Shown here one piece after another: positions 52,444 to 64,000 of a stretch of 64,000 nucleotides of DNA. The notes under the pieces were generated by a model, which searched no databases, had not been told where the DNA came from, and saw only the letters and a program-made list of their open reading frames with translations. Numbering within the stretch: the stretch's first letter is position 1; each line of letters begins with the position of its first letter. A program made the translations under genes and the position numbers. This DNA comes from the human T2T-CHM13v2.0 reference genome, Homo sapiens: NCBI RefSeq assembly GCF_009914755.1, contig NC_060927.1. One strand, given 5' to 3'.

Positions 52444-53508
52444 CTAGGGCAGGAAGACGGGCTTTCAGCATGCTGGCCTACGTCTGAGGGTAAAGCTCTT
52501 GGCTTCTTTTGTTGACTCACAGGTGGGCAGTGGAGGAAGTTCCAGCCTAAAGTGGCCTGACCCCTTGGGATCACAGACCAGGGGCAGTTGAGTTTCCCTG
52601 GTGAAGCAAACCTTGAAGGTGGGGTCTAGGGGGCAAAGCAAGAGGCTGGGTGCTCTGCTGGGCCCGCTGCCATGGAGGACTGGCACAGCTGGTAGTTCAC
52701 AGTGATTCTTGGGAATGGATTATTCTCCATTGTCACACTCCGTATCTGGCCCTTGCACATTATTAGGCCAAATGCCAAGCTACTGCCATTCTTAGTGACC
52801 TGCACAATCAATCTTTGTGCACAGATGCCTGTGGAGGCTAATGGGAGTGGTAGCTCAGGCCAGGTTCCAGCATCTGCTGCCTCCCCTTGACCTAAACCAC
52901 TGTCCTGTCCCAGATATGCAAACCCTGTTCCCATCTACCCAAGAGGAAAACAGCTCCTCTTTCTTTTTTTTTTTTTTCTCTCTCTCTCTTCTTCCTTTCC
53001 TTTTTAGACCCAGGATAGTAGGGAGAACTCACTGCATACCCACTGTTCTCAGGGAAGCTTGCTGCATTGATTCTAAGGTGGTAGTAGTATCTTGTGCTTC
53101 TCTCACTAAAGAACAGAAAAGAAAAAAAAACACAAATTAAATCTCCAGGACATGGTTCTGGTAGAGTACCTGCTCCCCATGTACAGAGGAGAAAGACAAA
53201 GAAAAGAGCACCATTGCTCTTAAAGCATTAACCTCAAATTGGCTTTTGGCAGACTTTTTGTAGCCTGAATGTGTCCCCATTCTCAATACCATCTGTTCTC
53301 ACACACCTGCAACCTTTAAATAGGCCAAACATTCCTATGACAGGTGAAAGATTACCATAAGCAACATAGCCTATGAAGGAAATGTGTTCTTTAAACTCAC
53401 TGAATTCTGAAACTTACTTATAATTCATAAGGAAAACATCCAAAATGAGTGCATAATAAAAATTATAAAATATGATTGCCTTGTCTCTGTATTAAAGGGA
53501 AGATATAG

Positions 53509-53778
<270 letters not shown>

Positions 53779-55233
53779 TAAAGATGAGGTTTTGCTCACT
53801 GCACTCAAGGTAACATTTTAATTAGAACTGTGGTGGCAATTTAGGCTATTCATTTCCTCATAACAGAGCCATGAAACAGTATTGTTCCATTGTATTTATG
53901 AGAACATTGAGGCACAAAAATTTAGGAAAGTTTCTCCAAGGTTATTACAGATTAATTGACCTAAGATTTTAAGTCATCATGCTGCCCCATATATTTAAGC
54001 AGTTCTGCCACTGTTGACTTTCTGATAGGCTATTTTCCTTTAGTTCCTGATGCCAACTCCTTATAATTTTGAGTTATCTGATGGTAGGTTTAGAATGATA
54101 AGCATATTAACTGGAAATGTCACTATTTTTTTATAGTGGCTTAACAAAATATATAGGTAAAATGTGCCCAGAATTTTGTCTCAATTTCTATATATTGTTT
54201 CAATTATCTTATTGGCAAATCTTATTTCTAATGCTTGTTTTAAATGAGTCCTTACTAGCCTCTTGGAGAAAACATAGAAGGGGGTAATAGTTTTAAGTCA
54301 CCACATAAAATCCTCTTCTCAATGTTTAACTTTTATATGAAGGGATCTTCTTTCATGCTGTATTTTCATGTATATTACTACTTGGTCTGTGTGTTCTTGA
54401 ATTATTTTCCTAGTTTGTTATCTTTGTTTCCCTTAGAACCACCAAGATTCCCCTCTTTTTCTACAGGTAGCCAACTGGCTTCTCTCACTGTTTCTTTTTA
54501 ATTTTATTTTCTTTAGTTCATCCTTTGGTCACAGGCAGCACTAACATCGCACATCCAGAGAGTAAATGTTTGTATTCCCTGAGTGCTTGAATGTCTCAAA
54601 CATGTAGGCCAGCAATGTAGGTGGGAGCTTGTCATTCTTGGTCACAGGAGTAGGAACTTAAGTTGGCCCTCAGCGGCCCTGTGTGTGGCAGCTCTGGGCA
54701 GCACTCATATGCCCGTCTGCTTCCCTAGAAACTGGCAGCACTCTTTTCTTCCCTTTCACCAGAAGCCTCTTCATGCGGCCACTAGGATGTGCTACTTGAG
54801 GAATTCAGGGCTTCGCCTCACCTACTTGCTGTCCTTTGACCCAACTTGTGAGAGCTTGCCATCAGCTGACTTCTCTGAGACTCCATTTCATTCTTTTAAA
54901 TGAAGAAGGTACTTTAAAAATTACCAAATGCCCATGTCTTTTAGACTGTGAAAGGTTTAGAATATAGCACGGAGAGTTAGGGGGAGTGAAGCCATGTGAA
55001 CCACCTAGAAAGCACAGAAGCTTCGGTAAATTAAGTGCAAACTATTGAAGTGGTGGGGTGATAGAAAACCTGACATTTGGAGAAAGAGAGAAAAAAACTA
55101 ACATTAGGCTTGACAAGGACCTAGAACCCATCAACTCTAGGTTTTGGTTCCCAAAAGCCTATCTCAGCACTGCTGTCTTAAAATGCCCAGTGGAAGGAAG
55201 TGGTGGAAAGAAGACTTTGCTAAAAATGTTAGT

Positions 55234-55660
55234 TGTGTTAGTCCATTTTGCATTGCTATAAAGGAATACCTGAGACTGGATAATTTATTAAGAAAAGAAG
55301 CTTATTGGGCTCAGAGTTCTGCAGGCTGTATAAGAAACATACAGCCAGCATTTGCTTCTGGTGACGGCCTCAGGAAGCTTATATTCATAGCAGAAGGCAA
55401 AAGGGGAGCCAGTGTATCACACGCGAGAGAGGAAAGCAAGGGAGAGTTGGGAGAGGTGCTGGGCTCTTTTAACAACCAGCTCTCACGTGAACTAATAGAT
55501 CATAGATCAAGAACTCACTCGTTACTGTTGGCATGACACCAAGCCATTCATGTGGAATCTGCCCCCATGATCCAAACACCTCCCACTAGGCCCCACCTTC
55601 AGCACTGGGGATCACATTGCAACACGAGATTTGGAGGAGACAAATATCTAAACCACGTCA
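55234..55660 (-). mobile_element. MaLR solo LTR (MSTA/MSTB-like)
   Basis: tgtgttagtccattttgcattgctataaaggaatacctgagactgg...cccatgatccaaacacctcccactaggcccc. Confidence 0.88.
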
Positions 55661-57554
55661 CCAGATCTATGGACCACTGGAAATTTAGCCCTCTCTCCAA
55701 TCCCCATTTTACAGATGAAGCCCAGAACAGGAACATGACTTTTCCAGTATCTATGGCCATTTAATGGCAGAACTAGGATGCAAAATCTCCCAACTTATTG
55801 CTCCATCCCTTTTTCTAATACAACACAGAAATAATGTACTAGAACTGTGCTTAAGGGGAAAAAGGTGTTCTACCAACACAATAATGAGAGCTAAAGTACT
55901 GAGCAAATGTTCAATGTCAAGGTAAAAGGAGTAGCAAGGATAGGGATATAAAAGGCCAATCACCAGGAATATTGTAGAAGTTTGACTGCATGTTCCCCAC
56001 TGCCAAGTCTGAGTTTACATGCACACTCAAAAACACCAAGGCCAGGCATTTTACACAGAGAAAAGTAAAATGACCTAGATACGGGGAAAAAAATTGCCTG
56101 GCGTATGTTTATAACCCCTGCTTCCTCCTCTTTCCCTTCCAAGCTTTGGACTGGTCCTGAGGTGTAGAGTTTGATGAATTCACTATGAAGATTTAGAGGC
56201 CCAGAGCCAAAGACATCATTACAACTCCTGTGTTTCCAACACAGAGCACAAAAGTGAGGGTAAGAATGTGTGATGCAGGTGTTTTTTTGTGTTAGAAAAC
56301 AAAAATAAAACAAAACAAAAACTCCAGGGAGGCACTGAAGGAAAGAACATTTTAGGTCAAAAATTAGGAAAAACTTGCTAAAACTCAGTCATTTCTCTGA
56401 CGATCTAGGGAGCTTGTTTCCTTGCCACATTCAGATCTAAATTTTTTTTTTTTTCATAGCAATGCAGTAAGACAGAAACTATCTTTACTCTGCAGAACAA
56501 GTTCATGTCGATCTTTTGGATTGTCTGTCTTGCTTCTGTGCTTTAAGAAATTATCTCAGTAAATATAGCAGGCAACAGCATGACTGGCCTTTTCCCTAAT
56601 TTGATTCAGGCCTCAGCATCACTGCTAGTAAGGAATAGGATCCTTTTCTTTAACCCTTCAGAAGGCACCAGGGCAAATTCCACAGTGCATTCATGAGTCA
56701 AGGGACAGTATCTCCATGTGAGAGATATCTGCCTGGCTAGAATTTCTAGATGGCTTTCCCACTATAGGAATCCAAGCAAACCATTGTCATTCTTCCCTCT
56801 CTAGCAAGAGAAAAGAGAATCTCAGCCTTTAGAGCATTCGTTCTGGCTCAAGAACATGGGTTTTCTTTCCTGGAAACAAGGACTGGCTCAGTGAGACCTC
56901 GAAAGTTGGTGCTTTGTGGTGTTGCCAAAATGCCTGTTTCTGGCAAGCAGTGGGGGTAGGTGCTGCTTGAGGGAATCTTGTTGCCCCTCCGAGTGAAACA
57001 ACACATTCATTATTTAATAGTTATTCAGCATCGGAGAAATTTTAGCTCAAGAAAAGGCTGAACTTAGAAGACTTCACTAATAAGAGTATTTTAAGAATTA
57101 TAAACAGAAATCAGACTACACTAAATAGTGTGTTTCTAAGCTGAGTACATGATAAATTACCTAACAGGCTGAAGAGGGAAATAAAGAACTGAGTTGTGGA
57201 TTCACAGTCTTGTGAATGTGTCTGTAACTGGTAGCACTGGGTGAGCCCATTTGCTGTGCCCTCCAGCCTAAGGCCTCACAAGCACCTCAGCACCTGGATA
57301 CTCCTAGGACTCCTCTGTTACCAGCCCCATGTGCTGGCAGTCACTGAGGCAATAGTGACATTGACCCAAATAAAGGAGTCAGAACCATGATATGGCACAT
57401 AATTCAGTCTCTTCCAGGCCTCAACAATAACCATTTTGTATCCATAACTTCTCCTAAGAGATTTTGTTTCCCAAGTAATCACCTACTATAGCAGTTCTCT
57501 AAGATCCCTGGGGAGGCCAAGCCTACTTCAGGCGGTCCATTAGATCAATCTATT

Positions 57555-58030
57555 TCCATAATCACACCAAGATGCCATTTACCTTTTTCACTGTATTGAC
57601 ACCTGCACTGATGATGTCAAAGCAATGATGACGAAAACTGCCGATGCCTTAGCACAATTCAAGGCAGTAGCACCAAACTATATTAATAGTTACTGTATTC
57701 TTTACTGCCACCCATTTCCTAGTACTCAAAAAAAAACCTGCCAGTTTCATTTAAGAGTGTCCTCAATGAAGCTGTGAAAACTACTCATTTTATGAGATCT
57801 CAACCCTGAAGTATACGTTTCTAATACTCTGTGTTATGAAATGGGAACATGCATAAAGCACATACATCTGTTACATATGAAAGTACAATACTTGTCTGAA
57901 GGAAAAGCACTTGTGCAGTTGTTTGTGTTACAAGCTAAACTAGCCGTTTTTGTCATGGAGCATCACTTTTACTTGAAAGAATAGCTGTGAGACAAACTAC
58001 AATTACTCATACTTGGGTAATTTGCCAGGC
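57555..58030. mobile_element. Charlie1-like hAT transposon fragment
   Basis: aaagcaatgatg..aaaactg..gccttagcac..tcaaggcagtagcaccaaact and ggaaaagcacttgtgcagttgtttg...ttttacttgaaagaa. Confidence 0.65.
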
Positions 58031-58635
58031 ATTTATTGATTGAATAAATATTGTACTATATTCAGTGTATCAATGAATGCTTTTGGTTGCAAGGAACAGA
58101 AATGACTTTAACAGTAAGAAAATTACATCTCATAACTAGAAGTCAAGAGACAAAAGAGCTCAACAATGTTGTAAGATCCAGGTGCTTTCCGTCCCTCTGC
58201 TGTGACCCCTCAGTGTTGGATTTCCTTGTGCTGCAGGTAGCAAGACAGAAGCAGAATGTCCGAGGCATCATGTTTAGGCAGGACAATGTTCTGAGACATT
58301 TTTTTACCCTCCTGTGGCTTTCTCTTAGGGAAGAGGACACTTTTTCTAGATTGCCCCTGCAGACTCACATTTTATTGAGCTGAATTTGGTCACATGTCTA
58401 TCCCTAAACTAATCCCTGGCCAGGGGAATGGGATATGCCTTTGGACTACTCAGGCCCAACATGGGGTCTAAAGGTGGGGTCAAGCTTCCCTGAGGCAAAG
58501 GCCTGATGGGTGAAGGGCTGATCACCCTTCCAAACAAAATTTGGGCTTTGTTAACTAGGAAGAAAAATGGGAGACTAGAAGAAACCTGTAGGCAATCACA
58601 CAGGGACCACTCCATTCAGCAAATGAAGGTCTAGA

Positions 58636-58830
58636 ACAGTGGTTACAAAATGCAGGTCAGCAGCCGGGCTACAAAGGAATCACCTGGGAGCTTGTTAAAA
58701 ATATAGCTCAAAGTGTAATGTGCATATGAATTGCCTGGGGATCTTGTTAAAATACATATTCTGCATTTGCAACAAGCTCCCAGATAATATAGCCACTGCT
58801 GGCTTATGGACCACACTTTGAGTAGGAATG
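58636..58830. mobile_element. MER5-like hAT MITE
   Basis: cagtggtt...aatcacctgggagcttgttaaaa...tgcatttgcaacaagctccc...ggaccacactttgagtag. Confidence 0.72.
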
Positions 58831-59436
58831 ATACAGACCTTCAAATTATTGACTCAGAATCTCCCAAGTGATCCTGGTTTGAGAACTGGGTTCAATGTGG
58901 TGAACATCAACAATGTACAAGATTGGCATTCATTCATCCATTCACTCAATAAGTATTCATAGAAACCAAGCCCTGTGCTTACTGCTGAAACTACAAAGGG
59001 TCCACATGCTATTAGGGAGGAGGAGTGGGCTAACCTATATACAGTTATCTTTAATGTAAAGTGAGAAGGGCTCCAGTAGAGATATGCCAAAGCATTCTTC
59101 CATCTGATCTAGGAGCAAGGAGTGACTTAGTAGTGAAGGTGGGCTTGACAGGAAAGGTTTCACGGAAGAGGAGAGGACATTGGAGCTGAGCTTTCCTTAG
59201 GTGCCCAGAGTCAGACAATGTGTGTGCAAGAAAGCCTGGAAATATGAATGAGCCAAGTACATTCAGAGAACAGTGAGAATGTCTCTGTGGCTTATGTACA
59301 GGCTGAGATGGGGTGCTGGAAGGAAAAATTAGGCTGAGGCTAGATTATGAGAGGCTTTGAATGCTGTATTAAGTCACACTATAGCAGCTGTTCTCAACCT
59401 TGACTGCACTTGGGAGCTTTTAAAAATCCTGATGCC

Positions 59437-59731
59437 GGCCAGGGGCTGTGGCTTATGCCTGTAATCCCAGCACTTTGGGAGGCTGAGGCAGGTGGATCAC
59501 CTGAGCTCAGGAGTTCAAGACCAGCTTGGGCAACACAGTGAAAGACCGTCTCCACAAAAAATACAAAAATTAGCCTGGTGTGGTGGTGCGTGCCTGTAAT
59601 CCTAGTTACTTAGGGGGCTGAGGCAGGAGGATCTCTTGAATCTGGGAGATTGAGGCTGCAGTGAGCCAAGACTGCACACTGCACTCTAGCCTAGGTGACA
59701 CAGTGAGACTCTGTCAAAAAAAAAAAAAAAA
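59437..59731 (+). mobile_element. Alu nested in a MER5-like element (~59385-59870)
   Basis: Full Alu with A tail; flanking direct repeat tcctgatgcc on both sides. Confidence 0.9.
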
Positions 59732-62700
59732 GTCCTGATGCCCAGGCCACACCCTAGAGCTTAAAATTAAATTCTACTTTCTTTAGGGGCAGAAGAGGGA
59801 GGAAAGCAGGCATCAGTACCTTTTAGAGGAGGTGATCCAGTGTGTTGCCAAAGCTGAGAACCATAGCTCTACAAGAGCTAGTGCCTGTCCAACCTGTTTG
59901 CATAGAGCATGTTCTTCAATAAGGATAGAGCCCTTCCTTCCTAAATGTACTTTTCACTTCCATTTGATATTCAAAATCAGAATTATTAAAAACCGTTTTG
60001 GCCTGAGAGGTCATGTGATGGGCACTGAAATGGAACTCCCCTGCGCAAGGGCCTGTGGGATGCAGGCAGATGAAGCCTGCCCTTTGTTCCCCTGCCTGCA
60101 TTGGTGAAAGCTGATCCCCGTGCAGCCGCTGTCACTGGGCAGAGGGCACGTTTTTCTCTCACTAGCCTAGACCACAGGGATCTTTGACTAGAAATATCTG
60201 CAAAGTGTTTGCTGAATGAGAACACATTTCATCACCCCACCCTCTTTTCCTAACTGAATGCCTGTTCAAGAATTTGGGTATATTTTTATTTGATAAGATG
60301 AAAAGATGAACTCTCCACATTATGAAGGCTAACAGAATAATCTTTTTGTAGGTGCTTCACAATATGAATTTGAAATGCTTGCTCTTGTTTTGATCCCTGT
60401 ACTCAGGTGCCGAAATGTTATAGTTAGGAAAAGTTGTCCCTTCTCTCATTTATCAGCATTAAAGTTCCTGAAATAATCTTTAAAGTGTCCAAATGTTGCC
60501 ATAAAATGTTCGTCACTATTGTCTCCTCAAGTTGCTGAATTTCTGGGATGTTTTGAATTTTTAAAATACATTTTAAGCACTTCAATATATAAAACAAACA
60601 TAACTTAAAAAACAAAAAACAGCACTCTAAACTTTTTTACCATCTAACTCAGGCCCCCAGTTTTCAGTCAATAAATTATTCAACTCCCCCCGCCCCAACT
60701 TTAGTAGAATGGAACACGCTCTTCTGCTGTGTGACAATGGAGAAAGGAGGTTGATGTGTGCAACTGCCACAGCCCCCCACCTTCCTGGGAATGCTCGCCT
60801 GACTTTGGGCAGACATTGATGTGGCCCTAATGACTATTTTGACTGTGTTCTGTTTTACAGCTCTACCCAACACACAAGAGGTGAAGTACTGCTTTGTTTT
60901 CAGAATTAAACTGTCTCCCAGGAAGCCTTCTAGGGTCCCCTTTGCTTTTCCTTGGAAAGGCTCCAGATAAGAGACAGGCTATTGTTCCTCCACAGCAATT
61001 CACAGGCTTGCTTTTCAAATAATTTATCCAATCTCTTCCCTCCATGATAGCCTAGGCTTTCCCTACAATCACATGATGTGACCTGTAAAGAAAAATAAAA
61101 CAAACACTTATCTGGAGTTCTGACTCAAAGAACTGGATTCTATGGAAATTACAGGCTTTTGCTCTGGCTGTACAGATGTGAGTAGGAATCCATGCATGGC
61201 TAATGCAGGAAGGGAACTGGCCTCCATGTGCACAGGCCTGCCAGTGTGTGGGTGGCCCAGGATGAAGCCAGCCCCTCCTGGGCAAGCCTCAGCTGGGTTT
61301 GAGTCTCCGAGCAGGAGGCCTGGGACTCACACCTGTCCACTTAAAATGTGACAGCCCCCACCACTAAGCTTGCATTCACACAGCCCCAGAAGATGGACTG
61401 TCCCCAGCATCCTCACTTGTGTGGTGGCCTCTCATTCCTGTGGCCACTTTAACAGAGCTTGGCTCACCCAGGACCCTGCTTGGATACAAACAAGCTGGCC
61501 TTTGATGACAGGAAGGGAGTGGAGATTCCCTCAACGTCGGAGTTTTAATCTTGGTTCTGGGAGACATTACCTCCCTCTTTGTGGATCGCTGATTGCTTTC
61601 AAAACAACCAGGAATCATTTTACCTTACGGGGCTAGTGTGTGCTATGATTAATTTAGCTAAGGCTCTTAGAAAACAGTAAATGGTGAGCAGCCCTGTTAG
61701 TTCCCTTTTTAGAAAGCACTTTAACACCCCTGGGCAGCTAGTTTGATGAGAAGTGCTACTCACCATGACTCTCATGCGCATTCCTTTTTCTTGACTGATT
61801 CTCGAAAGGCTTTTCAGTCCCTCTGATAAAAATGCACTGCTTCCAAATGAGTCTAAAAATTAAGCAGGAATACAAATTTTATCTTTAAAAAAATAAATCC
61901 TAATTTCTAATGAAGGAAAAACAAGAAATAATTTCATGCTAATTAGGAGGGAGACACATAGCCTGCATTTTGGAGATAAATAGGACAAGCTTTTGAGTTT
62001 AAAGTTTAACTGGAAAATGTCTGCCTCAAAGGAAAACTCAATTTGAAGAACTTGCTCACAGCTTAGGGATCTCACTCAAGCCATTCTTACCCTTTCCCCT
62101 TCTCTTTCCTTTCCTCTCCCACCCTCTCTTTCAATGCCGAACCCCAGAGGCCACGGGAGTGAGTCTTCACAAGGCGCATTAGTACATCTTGGGTGGTGCC
62201 GAAAAGCAGGGATTACAAATGCTGGAGACAGTTTGGCAGCGGATGTGCCTCAACCCAGCTCTGCGGATTCCACATTCTTCCCCTGGAGGGGAGCCGTCGC
62301 CGCGGTTGCCTGAAAGCCCATACTGCCAGCAGCCAGGGGTTCAGCAAATGCCTGGGGAGCTGAAGGGTTTTCTAGAAACCTGTCCAATCTCTGCCTCTTT
62401 CTCTGGGGTTGCACAAGGATGTGCCAAACTCAACCCGTTTGATAGTTTTAAACGTGCCGCTTACATGTGTTTTTAATTTTTATGTAATAAAGGAATGAAT
62501 GCTTCATAATTAAAGACCAGTTGGTGATTAAAATCAGTTTCGTTGATGACTAACAAACACAAATAAAACCTGATATAAATCTTTATGAGATCTGTGAGGC
62601 CCACAGCAGCGACAGTTCCTCTTCTCCTGACCATGTTTTCTCTGAAGCAGCATGTCTCTCCACTTTCCCTCAGCTTTGTTTTGCCCTAGTAATTCTCTCT

Positions 62701-62919
62701 GGCTTCTACAATTGCCTATCCTTTAACCTCCTGTTTTTGATTACCAACTCGTGTTTATTTTAAATGTAGTTACTCGCCAATTAAATAGAAATTAGCTACA
62801 TTTAGAGACAGGGTTCCTGATTACTGCTTTTCCTTTGGCAACTGTTAATTCTTCTTTAGGCAATCCTGAAAGCAGAAATCCCAAGGTCCAGATCACCTTG
62901 CCAGGGCACCTTAGGGTAG

Positions 62920-63487
<568 letters not shown>

Positions 63488-63876
63488 CCATCTTCAACTT
63501 TTGTTTTTTAGGGCAGCTGAAATCCATCTTCCTTTTCACCCAAACACTGATACAGCTGCCTGTTTGGGTGAAGGAGAGGCTCCCTTTCTGGGTTGGATAG
63601 AGCACATAGGCTATAGCAGTCAGCATCAGGGAACAGTCAACATGTAGCCTTCCTATTTTTAAATCAAAGCCATTGTGCTAATCACCCAGATAATCTGATA
63701 TGGATATCATTTATTCTAAAATGAGAACAAGAAACACATCTGTGACAGAATTCATTAGTGCAGTCCTTTTTCAGTCCCAACATGTGCTTCTGCAGATTGC
63801 ATATGTCTATATAAATTCTATAGGTTGTATTTCAATTTATATTGCTTCTTCATGAGGAAATGTCTTCTCCCGTTGC

Positions 63877-64000
63877 TGTGGTTTGAATATTTGACCCCTC
63901 CAAACCTCATGTTGAAATTTGAGCCCCAGCATTGGAGGTGAGGCCTGGTGGGAGGTGTTTGGGTCATGGGGGTAGGTCCCTCATGGGGGCAGGTCCCTCA
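63877..64000 (+). mobile_element. MaLR LTR (MST/MLT1A-like) 5' part, cut off by the window edge
   Basis: tggtttgaatatttgacccctccaaacctcatgttgaaattt..ccccagcattggaggtgaggcctggtgggaggtgtttgggtcatggggg. Confidence 0.85.

Noticed and set aside
51073-52574. Cluster of long overlapping ORFs (up to 204 aa) on both strands
   Set aside because: Within GC-rich LTR12C, where stops are scarce; no protein family motifs.

Overview
Vertebrate genomic DNA, most likely human; I recognise it as the TIPARP locus, recalled as 3q25. The first 17.4 kb hold the last four coding exons of TIPARP/PARP7 on the + strand (WWE region and mono-ADP-ribosyltransferase domain with the H-Y-I triad) and a 3' UTR with tandem AATAAA signals. 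A full-length processed METTL15 pseudogene follows on the - strand (22076-25711), with a poly(A) remnant and an exact 15-bp target-site duplication (TSD). The remaining ~38 kb is repeat-rich intergenic DNA: Alus, MIR/L2, two 5'-truncated L1s, MaLR LTRs, Tigger/hAT DNA transposons and a CpG-rich solo LTR12C. I see no new multi-gene system. The most unusual features are DNA-history signatures read from the sequence: a 56-bp locally templated inverted insertion inside a Tigger2a, a perfect 73-bp palindrome, a retrocopy that appears to record an exon-skipped METTL15 transcript and carries older TEs, and a likely short L1 3' transduction. There are also testable TIPARP RNA-processing hypotheses. 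Repeat subfamily calls come from remembered consensus sequences and need RepeatMasker/Dfam confirmation.
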